Assembly (NCBI GenBank): GCA_046563655.1
Contig: CM102289.1
Coordinates: 9,920,001-9,984,000 of the forward strand
From: Yuukianura sp. NJ FZ-2021
Taxonomy: Eukaryota
DNA length: 64,000 nucleotides
Direction of reading: 5' to 3'
In this document: in pieces, positions 1 through 12,000 of the stretch
How the letters are laid out: each line of letters starts with the position of its first letter
Numbering within the stretch: position 1 is the stretch's first letter
Translations under genes and position numbers: made by a program
The notes under the pieces: generated by a model
Told to the model about the DNA's origin: nothing
The model's database searches: none
The model's input: the letters and a program-made list of their open reading frames with translations, nothing else

Positions 1-3000
1 CGACTTTTTCAGCGAAAGATGCAATTTTGGCTGGAACTTTGCTAGATGGCGACACGATGACAGACTTGGATGGTTTTCCTTCTCCGATTCCAGTTGAGGC
101 AGTGACCCAGAATTCATAGCGTTCCTTTCGCTGGAGTCCAGACATTTCATACGTCGTTTGGAAACTAGGAACTCGCTGCGTCTTTGGTTCCGCCTACACA
201 AAAAATATCAAAAAAAAAAATCAAAATAATAACTGATTTTCGAAAATGATTTCGCAAGAAATATAAAATTGGAATCTTACTTCCTTCTCCCCAGTCGTAC
301 GAAAGTAAACAGTGTACTGAAAACAAAAGCAAAAATTAAAACCAAGTTCTACATCGCCAATTTCAAAATGAATTTTTTAATTCTTACTTGCGTGATGACT
401 CCATTTGGTTCAGACGGTGGTTGCCAGCTTACAAGGATCGAATCCACCGACATCACAACTCCTTTCTAAAAACAAATGTGCTTGTCCAGTACTAAAAAGT
501 GCAAATATTTTACTTGTGCTTAAATTTGTGTTACCACAGCCATTGGTGGGCCAGGAACGTCCTGTTCAGTGTGGCAACTGATGGCAACCGTCGGGACGCC
601 ATCTCCACCGCTAGTGTAAGCCAAAATCGTGATGTTGTAGTTTGTGTATTTCTTGAGTCCGTGCAAAATCGTTTCAGAGGCGGATGTCACTTTCGTTTCC
701 TTCGTCTTCTCATCTGAAATTCAAAAAAGTTCAAAATTCAAAAATGTGTAAAAAGAAAAGTGAAGCATAAGAAGTAGTTGAAAACTTGTTGACTTACCAT
801 ACCACGTTGAAGCTGGTCCGAAACTGACTTTGTAGCCCTTGATCACTCCGTTGGCAGACACAAGTGGAGGGGAACTCCATGAAACACGAATCGACTGGGA
901 AGTCAGAGTGGTGCAGGAAAAGTCCTAACAAATTCAAAATGTAAAAAACCATGTTCACTTTATGACATTTCTGAATTTGCAGTTAAACGATTCCAACCTG
1001 TGGTGCTTGTTCAGGCTTTCCTTCTGCAGTATGTTGAGTCACTTCCTTTGACATTGGTCCTGAAAAATATTAGAAAACAATTTAAAAATTGCTTGAATTC
1101 ACGGCAAGATGCAGCAAGATTTGGAAATGGAGCAAACCGGGTCCAATTCGGTTGAATGCTTGAACAACGACAGAGTATTCAGTGTAGGTCCTAAAACAAA
1201 TAGAGAAATATTTAAAATCTGTACAATCTTTGCAATTTTAATTCCTTAAATAACGTTTTACTTGAGATTGGAGATCATGAGATGGTGTTCCTTGCCAACT
1301 TCGCGTGAGAATTCCACAGTTTCAAACAGATAGGGTTTGTCGGAAGATGCCAATTTGTATCCAACATAATAACCTAAGCACAACAGAAAGTCAGTTCTGT
1401 TTCTCGTTAGTTCTTGATTTGGAATTTACCCATAATGTCGCCGTTCCATTCCTCTTTCACTGGTGGCTGTCAAAAACAAAAGCATTTCAAAACATTTAGC
1501 AAGTATTTTTAATTTTGAAAGTAAATTCTACCTTCCATGTAAGCTTCAAAGTGTGCTGATCAACAGGCTCAACCTAAAAAAAAACAGTAAAAAGTAAAGT
1601 AAAAATTTTAATTGGAAAATTATAAATGCTTGAAACTACGGTAATGCCAGTGGGTGGTCCAGAGGGAGCTTCCTCAGCAGTGATGATCGTAACAGATTGA
1701 GATGCTTCAGAAGTACCCACTTCATTTTCAGCAACAAGTCGAACTGTAAGATAAAAAAAAACTATTTTACTGAGATTCATTAAAAATAGTGATTGACTTT
1801 GTGTTACGATGGTAAGTAGTTGCAGGTCTCAAGTTGTAAACTCCGGCCATAACTTGATTTCCTGGCACGAGCACTCTGTCTTTCCCAGTGAGCCAGTCAC
1901 TCTTGGCCATTTTGAACTCAATGTAGTAACGAGTGATGGGGGAATTCCCATTGTACGGCTCACTCCAAGCAATAGTCACCGAACGACCAGACTTGTCCAG
2001 CACCTTCAATCCAAACGGCACCTCAGCAGGTTCTAAGGAAACACAAAAAGTTCAACTTTCCTGGAAATACTTCCGAATACTTGGAAATACTTGCAAGTAC
2101 TTGGGAATACTGACCCTGTACAATGAGGTTGATGCTTGTCTCATCAGATCCAAATGCGTTCGTGGCGACGCAAGTGAACAACGCAGTGTCAGTCCGTTCT
2201 GATCGCTTGACACTCAAGTCACTCAGCACTCCATGAGTCAGAATTTCCTCTCGAATGGTATAACCAGGGTCGGATTTCGGATCAAGTCGCTTCCTGAAAT
2301 TCAACTTTCAAAGTTAGCAAGGTTTCAAACTCGGAAAAAAGTCTGTTTTCTCAATTTTCACTTATTACCCGTCACGGCTCCACAGAATTCCAATTGGTTT
2401 TTCTCCTTTGGCTTCGCACTGTAAAACTGCCGGTTCTCCTCTCCTCGCCGTTTGGTTTCGGAATTTGATTTCAAATTGCGGAGGAGCTAAAGGGAATTCC
2501 GGCATTCAGAATTCAATTGTCTGAGTGTTGAGAACTGAAATGAGCCAGACTGACCTTGGACAGAGACGTAGATGACAGCGGAGAGTCCTGCGCCGATTCC
2601 ATTGTTGGCTTCACAGAGGTAGTAGCCCTCTGAATTCTTCTGGATTGAAGCAATGATCAAATGCCCATCTTCAACTCTCATTCCGGGAGCAGACCCCTTC
2701 AAATCTCGATAGTCCATTGGACCGTCACCTACAATCAAAAAACCAATAATTTCAACTTTTACTTTGTAAAAAATACATTCAAAAACTTAAAAAAAATCAA
2801 AAGTTGCCTCACCAGCAGCCTTCTTCCATGCAACATTTGGTTTCGGAAAACCATCAGCTTTACATTCAATTCGAGCATCCGTACCTGAAAATACAAAAGC
2901 GTTAGCACTTGCTGTCAACATTACAAAAAAGTTCTCAAAATCTGTTGTTTAAAAAATTGAACTTTTTGTGAATTTGGAAATATACCTTGAGCAAAGGCCC

Positions 3001-6000
3001 GATCAGTTGGTTCAACAATCCAACGCGGAGGAACTAATTTAAAGTAAAATCACAATTAGCATGTTTTCTTCACGTAGACGTTGGTAAATGTGGCTAAAAA
3101 GCGACAAGCACATGCGCACCACCATTAAGAAAGTACAGCACAGAAACTAAAAGTACAAATAGTAATTGTTAAATGAAAGTGAAATAATATTAAAAAGCAT
3201 AAAAGAGAATAAGAAGCATGGGAGGATTGGAGGGGAGACAGGAAAGGAAATGGATTTGTGACCCTAGTTACTCCCACCAAGTTAATTCGCAGCCTAACCA
3301 CCACCTCCAGGAATGTCCAGGAATAAGGGAATGAGGAACGTTAACGTTATTTGAGCTAACCTCATGCCCCTCCCACAACCGAATCCACCAATGACATCAA
3401 TCGCTGCTAAGCAATCACAAATCTATTCAAACCATCCACTTGAAGAAACGCTGAGGAGTTGGCCACTCCAGCCGAATTCCGAGCAGTGCAAGTGTACTCT
3501 TCCCAAAAAATCAAAGACAACTTCAAAATACTAAAATGTTCAACTTTTGTAAAATGTTTTGGAATTTGTTGAACTTTGAGCTCACCGCCCTGATTGGAGG
3601 GAGAGACTGGTTCTACAATGAGGACGTTGACACGGGCACCTAACGGAGCCGTTTTGAGACCGAGATGGGATCCCAGCGGACCGCCTTGGAAACTCCAGAA
3701 AATTTCCATCGGAAGGTCGCCTGATTTCAAATTTCGTTCAAACTTAAACTTCCCGCCAAAACTGAAACTTTACGTTTTGGACAAACCTTCGCTGACTAAG
3801 CATGTTGCTTGAGTCGTACTTCCAGCTAGGACAGGATCGAGTGTAAATGGGACAATGGTTGGAGGAACTGGAACAAAATCAAAAGCTTTCTCTCAAAATG
3901 TTGAAATTCTACGGTATCGGATCACAAATTTTCAGAAAAACTGGGTAGAATACAAAACTGAAAAAAATGAGCAGCACAGGCGAAGATGCTAAAAACTCCG
4001 AGGAACGAATACCTTGGACGACAAGATTGGCAGCAAATGTGCTGTTGCCTACTTTGTTTTTGGCTGTGCAAGTATATTTTCCACTGTGACTATGCTCCAT
4101 ATTTTCAATCATGAGGAGACTATTACGATCACCAACTTTCATTGTAGTTACTCCCTCCTGCTTCAATGTCGTTGCTTCTAAACTCTCGAAACTCCATTGA
4201 AATTGAAACGGCGGATCCCCCTCAGTCACAACACAGCCCACTTGAATCGAATTCCCAAAATGGTGAGCGTTTTCTCCGAAACTGAACGGCAGGATTTTGG
4301 GAGCGACTATTTCCAAATAATGTAAATCGTTAAATTCCGAAAATTCTTCACTAAAATTCTAAAATTCGAATTCTACTAAAAAAAATCACTTCTTTCGCTT
4401 CCTGTAAGGTTGGATAGGGAGAAAAACAGAAAAAATTAGCAAAGATTCGCAGATGCAAACGGCGCTAAAACTCCCAACAAAACTAAATACCTTGGACAAC
4501 AAGATTTGCCGCAAAAGTGGAGTTGCCTACTCTGTTTTTAACAGTACACGAATACTTTCCACTGTGGTTGTGCTCCATGTTCTCAATTGAAAGGAGACTC
4601 GTCCGATCTCCAATCTTCATCGTAGTTACTCCCTCCTGTTTGAGCGTCGTCGCCTCCAGACTCTCGAAGCTCCACTGAAAATGGAACGGTGGATCCCCCT
4701 CAGTCACGGTGCACATAACCTGGATTTGATTCCCAAATAGATGGTCGTTCTCTCCGAAGCTGAACGGCAGAATCTTTGGAGCAACTATTTCCAAATAACT
4801 TTAAATCATTAAAATCCTAAACATCCCAATTCCACTAACCAGTCACTTAAGTTCACTTCCTGTAAGGTAGCATAAGGAGAGAAAAAGCATATTAGCAAGG
4901 ATTCGCAGAGGCAAACGATGGCGAAATCCGAAGGACACAAATACCTTGGACAAGAAGATTGGCAGCATAAGTGCTGTTGCCTACTTTGTTTTTGGCCGTG
5001 CAACTGTACTTTCCACTGTGACTATGTTCCAAATTGTCAATCATCAAAACACTACTGCGATCTCCCACTTTCATCGTAGTTACTCCCTCCTGTTTCAACG
5101 TCGTTGCTTCCAAACTCTCAAAACTCCACTGAAATTGAAATGGCGGATCCCCCTCAATCACAACACAGCTCACTTGAATTGAATTCCCAAAATAACGAGT
5201 GCTGTCTCCGAAACTGAACGGCAGGATTATGGGAGCAACTATTTCAAAAAGTATTTTAAAGAAACTTGTTTCAAAAATTAACTTACTTTAACTAAACTTT
5301 TAACTTACTTTGGAAACTTTGTTTCAAAAATCAGAAAAACGAACTCCCTTTTTTGAAAACTTGGATTTTTTTTAAATATACAAGGAAACACGGATGACTT
5401 TAGAGTAGAAAAAAAAATTTTTAAGAAAAAACTTAAAGTGGTTCCGAAATAAAACAAAAGAGACCAGAAAGCTTGGCAGCGTGAAGCCCAGACGGGGAAC
5501 GGGAATGTCCCCGGAACGAAATACCTTGAACGATTAGATTTGCCGAGTAAGTGGTATTTCCCACCTTATTTTTGACCATACAAGTATATTTGCCAGTATG
5601 CGTATGTTCCACACTCTCAATAAACAAAAGACTACTTCTGTCTCCTGCTTTCATCGTAGTTACTCCCTCCTGTTTCGCAGTTGTCGCTTCCACACTTTCA
5701 AAGCTCCATTGAAATTGAAACGGCGGATCACCCTCCGACACGACACATTGGATTTGGACAGAATGCCCAAACTCATGTGCATTCTCACCGAAACTGAACG
5801 GCAGAATTCGGGGAGAAACTAAACAAAAAACCGGCAAAAATTACTACTTCGAATTTTGTCGGGAAAACGGGAATAGGAAAGTCATGAGGAAACTCCCGCC
5901 TTAAATTAAAGTAAAAACAAGTAGCAGCTTGCACGTCGTCAGCATGTTGAAATTAATTCCGAAGTTTACCGTGGACGACCAATTCAAAACTCTTGGAAGT

Positions 6001-9000
6001 ATTTCCCGCCTGATTACTAACTCCACAGGTATAATTGCCGGAATGAATAGAATCCACATCCTCTATAGTCAAAATGCTCGTCTTTTGTCCAAAGCGAGCC
6101 ACTTCCACACCTCTTTGGTTTGTCAAATTCTCATGTCCATGAAAAGTCCAGTGAATTGAGGTCAACGGAAGGTCACCATGCGTCACAACACAAGTGATCT
6201 GGACATGTTCTCCAGCGTACTTCGGACCATCGGATGTTTCAAGGGAAATTCTAGGAGGGACTGGCAAGCAATAAATCAAACCAGCAAATCAAAATTCCCG
6301 CACTTTTCAAAATTCATTCCCGACTTCGAAACCCTTTTTTTTGGGAGCTGAGCAAAAAGCACGCATGCCCTTTGACCTTAAATGGGAAATACCTATGACA
6401 ATTAGTTCTGCTGTGTGATTGGTTTGTCCAGCAGAGTTAGACACAATACAAGTATAATTTCCAGAGTGGATGTTGTGATTCAAACTGTCAATGGTGAGAA
6501 TACTTCTGCGTGGTCCGAATCTAGCAATTTCCACGCCCTGTTTGTGCAAATCTGCGCCGGGACCTTGCCAAGTCCACTGAATATTCAAAGGAGTGTCGCC
6601 CGTGGGGGCATAGCAAGTGACCTGCGCTTCTGTGCCCTCATGACTCGTTTCATCAAAGGAAAAAGGCTGAATAGTTGGAGGAACTAAGCCAAAATTTAAA
6701 AATAACAACATTCTTAAAATTAAAAAAAAATGCACCATTACTTAAAAACAGCCGCCATTCGCTATGATGCCAAAGTTAAAAATTAAAGGGATGGATACCG
6801 TTGACTATAAGATCGATGCTTTTGGAAGTATTGTTAGCAATGCTACATGAGTATGACCCAGTATGCTTCACATCCAGGTCACTGATTGTTAAAATGCTTG
6901 TTTTTGGTCCAAGTCGAGTGACCTGCACTCCCTCCTGCGTACTTGGATCCGCTCCATGAAAAGTCCACTGGAACGAAGCTCCAGGAGGCACGTCTCCCTG
7001 GGTGGAGCACATGAGCTGAACTTGGTCTCCAGCGAACTTCGGACCATCAAAGCTAAATTGTATTGCCAATTGCACAGGCACTAAACCCCATCATCAAAAA
7101 ATTCCACAAATCAATATTTCTCAAAATGGAAATTCACAAATTTTCTAAAAGTAAAAAAAAAGGTCAGAGGAATATTTAGGAGTTCGGAATGTATGCAGTA
7201 TAGATACTGGCAGCATTTAAAGCGTCAAGTGGACCACTTTTGTAACTGAAATACCCATGATTTGGTTTAAATGAGCCGTGTAATTGGCAGTTCCTGCTGC
7301 TGAACTCGCTTTGCAAGTATATGCTCCTAAGTGTTTAGTCGCAGTAACTTCAGAAATAGTCAAAGTACTTGTTCTAGGCCCCAGTTTGTAAATACTCACT
7401 CCATTTTGTCCAGCAGAGGAAGTCAACTCTGAACTCTGGTAACTCCAGTGGAACTGAATCGGCAGATCACCTCTATTGGCAGTGCACTGCAGATTGACCT
7501 GATCCCCTGACACGATCTCTCCAGGACCAAACTCAAACGGAACAATCTCTGGAGGAACTAAAGTCCAACATCCAAAAAATAAAATTTTCAACAACAGCTT
7601 CAAAATTTTGAAAACCCAAAATAGGGACATGGTTGGTAGGTGAAGGAGAAACGTAGAGCTAAGAAAAAAAAAGCAGGCGATTGGCTAAGAATTGGGCAAA
7701 ATGGACCAATATTGTCCAAGTACCCATGACTTCCTTGAGTTCTGCCGTAAAATTGGCAGTTCCAGCAGATGAAATTGCAGAGCAAGTGTAATTCCCTAGA
7801 TTGTGGACCGTGACTGCCTCAATGATGAGAACTGTAGTCCTTGGGCCTAACTTGGCAGTTCTCATGCCACTGTTGTTGATGTCACGCTCATTGTGTTGAG
7901 TGCTATGCGTCCACAGAATCTGCAGAGGAAGGTCTCCCACAGGAACATTACACTGCAGGGTCACATAAGACCCCTTCACAACTGTCCCATCAAACTGAAA
8001 CTCCGAAATTTCGGGCGGAACTGAACCCAAAAATTACCAAAATCAGCTAAAATTGCTTAAATGTATAATAAAATCAATTTTCAAACCTAAAAACAAGGGA
8101 ATGAGTAAGAGGGAAAGAGTTTAGAAATAGCAGATACAAAATATGGCAGTTGCAGATTGCAGATCAGCGTTTAATTTTTTTTGAAAGTGGTGCCTAACCC
8201 ATGACTTCCTTTAATTCTGCCGTGAAATTGGAAGATCCGGCGGGAGAACTAGCCTGACAAGTATAAGTTCCCACATGATTGGCAGAAACAGCCTCAATGA
8301 TGAGCATGCTTGACCTTGGCCCTACTTTGAGCGTTCTCATTCCCCCATGAGCCATGTCCGTTTGGTTACGTTTGGAACTGTGTGTCCACAGAATCTGAAG
8401 AGGCAAATCCCCCTGCACATTGCACTGCAGAGTGACATACGTTCCAGTCAACAGCCCCTCCTCAAATTGAAACTCAGAAATCAACGGGGGAACTAATCCA
8501 GAACAACCAAAATAGACGAAACTATAATTACAAATCTAGCAAAACTAAAAGAAAGTTCAGGAAAAAGGAATGTCAGCGAAATTTAGAGAAGCGTTTTGCG
8601 TTGTATGAGCTTCCTAAAAAAAAGGTTCCCTACCAGTTACATATTTCAACTCCGTCGTATAGTTAGCCGATAAGTTTGCTGGGCCTGACCTAGCCGTACA
8701 AGTATAAAATCCCACATGATGAGATCCAATTGCATCAATCATGAGCACACTGGCGCGATCCGACAGCTTCATCGTCCGAATTTCCCCCTTTTGTCCGCTA
8801 TTTCCCACCGACGCATTTGAATGGTGATGGTAACTCCAACTGATCGTCATTGGCAAATCCCCCTTAGCATTGCACTGCAAAGTCACTTGGTCACCCACAA
8901 CCAACGGCTCTTCAAAGGAAAACGGAGTAATGGAGGGAGGAACTACGCAAAAGAGCAGGAAAAAATGACAGAAAAAATGAAAACCGATGAACGTCCAATC

Positions 9001-12000
9001 TCTTCAGAAAAATTAGGAAATGCGGTTGCTCAGAAGCCAAAACGTGAAAAACTGCCGCCGTTTGCGAATTACCGAGCACAGTGAGTTGTGCACTGTGACT
9101 AGCATTTCCTGCCTTGTTGCTCACAAAGCAGTTGTAGGTCCCACTGTGGTGCAAATCCACTTCCTGAATTGTCAACATGCTCGTGGTTGGACCAAACTTG
9201 GAAATTTCAACGCCCTTCTGCTGATTCAAAGCGTCTTCGTGCCCTTGGAATGTCCAGGAAAAGGATTGGAACGGCAAATCACCTTGAGTGACCATACAAG
9301 CAAGTTGGGCAGAGTCACCAGGCTCCTTTGGTCCATCGAATGAAAAATTGGCAATACGAGGAGGGACTACAGGAAAAGAAGAGAACTGAAGCAACTAAAA
9401 AATACTGCCAAGTATTCCGCTGCTGGAAGCAAAGACTTTGGATGAACCTCGTCCTAAACACACCGTGAACCACAAGCTCAATGCTTTTGGACACATTTCC
9501 ACCATTGTGATTGGACAGAATGCAAGTGTAGAGTCCTGCGTGATTGGACTCCACTTCAGGAATAGCCAAAATGCTACTCTTTTGGCCAAATCTTGAAATT
9601 TGGATTCCTTGTTGTCCTGACACAGTGTCATGACCTTGAACTGTCCAATGGAATGACGACTGAGGTGACAAGTCACCTTGGGCCACGCACGAAATTTGGA
9701 CATAATCTCCCACAAACTTTGGTCCGTCCATAGTAAATTGCACAGTAATCTGAGCCGGAACTGACAACATCACAATATGAAATGTCGAAAAAAGAAAAGG
9801 GCGACAAAAAATTATGTCGCCAATCCACTCCTAGACTCCTAATCGCTAATTTTCCACTTTCAAATTACGTGATGACCTTAATATCAGGTCACCACTTTTC
9901 AGTTGTCGATGATTTTTCTAAATTCTTTGAAAAATTGATAAAAAAAAAATGAAAAGCTTGGACTTACCCATGACTTGTACTTCGAGAGTTCCTCTTGACG
10001 TGAATCCCTGTGGGTTTTTGGCTACGCAGACGTAGGTTCCTTGGTCCATGTTGCGTTGAACATTGTCCACCACGAGAGTTCCATTGGGAAATACACGTTG
10101 TCTCCTGTTGATCGGCAGAACTCGGTTGTCTTTTTCCCAAGTGACAGCCTCAATTGGATATCCAGCCACTGGACATGTCACTTCAAACGTATGTCCAGCC
10201 ACAACTTGGGCCTTTTCCATTGGTCGAATGTGAGGGCGTCCGTGGATGTTGAGTCGAGCCATGTGAGAAGCACTCCCAACTTTAGATACAGCAGTACATC
10301 TGCAAATAATTGCACCCATTTTAAAAATATTTCCAAGTATTTCAATTTAGATGCTGGAGAAACTAGTACAAAGTTTACTTGTAGAGTCCGCCATCATTGC
10401 TGTGCACATTCGTAATGTTCAGATGAGAAACCACTTCCCCGTTCGGATCAACATACTGAGCAACTTGAATTCTAAAATCCAAACAAGTATTAAAAAACTT
10501 TCTTTTTTGGAAAAAATTATTTAAAAAACTTTTGTTTTTCAAAAATGTTTTTTGAAGTTTACCGATCGGCGTTGACGACCTTCTTAGAATCCAATTCCCA
10601 GACAATTTCGGGTGACGGGTTGCCAGTAGCTTTGCATTTGAGAGAAACAGTGGGTCCAGGTTGCAGAATCTCTTCGCGGAATTTGAATGTCAGTTTAGGT
10701 GGATCAACTGTATCAAGGAAATCAGTTTTGTTAACATTCCAATCTTTAAAATGCATTTGAAGAATCTCACATCGGCCTCCAAGTTTGAGTTCGCCAGTGG
10801 CTTGTGCAGAGTCCTGGTCGTTCCGAACTGAAAAAAGTTCAAATTTAGCTCCAAAACAAAAAGAGAACGTTGGAAATCCTTACCGAAGCACTGGTACATT
10901 CCCTTATCCTCTCTGCAAATTAAAAAGGATTTCTCAGGAACACATTCTACTTTTAAGTTTTCACAAACACATTATTGCTAATTTGTGGAAGCCTCTTACC
11001 GCTTGACAGCATCAATTCGAAGTACAGATTCCGTGATTGGCAGTCTACGTCCATCCTTCATCCATGTAACGTTTTTAACCGGGGATCCCTACAAAAAAAA
11101 CGTTTTCTTTTTTAAATGATTTCACACTTAAGTGAAAAAAAGGATTAGTTGTTTATGTTACCTGATAATGACAAGTGAATGTTGCAGATCGTCCAAAATC
11201 AATCGTTTGAACTGCGGGCTCAACAGTGGCAGCCAACGGAGCTACACAAAAACAAGGAAATTTAAATTGTTATACTTGCAATTAGTTAATTAAATGTTAG
11301 TTAAATGAAATGGTCACTTGCCAGTGACAGTGAGGATGGTTTCTACAGATTCTGATCCGACAGAATTGGTGACAACACAAAGGTATTTCCCAGAATCGTT
11401 CACTCTCGCTTCTCTGATGATCAAAGTCCCACCGAGTTGCTTCACTCTTTCATCCAAAACCACCGCATCACGACTTCCACTTTCCGAAAACTTGTACCAC
11501 CTAAAACAAACATCAAAAGTCACAATCAATTGCTCTTTTCCTTCGTTTTGCAAATTGAGTTATGTAGGGGAGCAGAAAAAGCAAACCAAATGGAAACAAA
11601 ATGAGAACTGAAGTAAACTAAAAAGTTCCATTTTGAAAAACATAAAAGTATTTTCCGGAAATGCGGAGAAAGTGATTTTAAGAATTAACCGGATAGAAGT
11701 TGGTTTTGGGTTGGATTGGACTGGACACAGAGCTGCCATGCTTCCACCGCTAACTCCCTCGGGCGTTTCTAGAAATCTAACCTGGCTAGTTGGTTTCAAC
11801 GCCCCAGAAGGCTCTTTTCAAAATTTAAAAAATGCGTTTCCAAAATCAGTTATCGCTAGATAACCCAATAAAAACTAAATTCTAAAAATGATGCAGGAAA
11901 CCGGAAGTGATCAATATTCAGTAAATTTGAGCGATACAATGAAGGTAAGAGTTTTCAAAATTTCAGTTAATTCTCGAAATGTAAAAGTGAAAATTGTACT

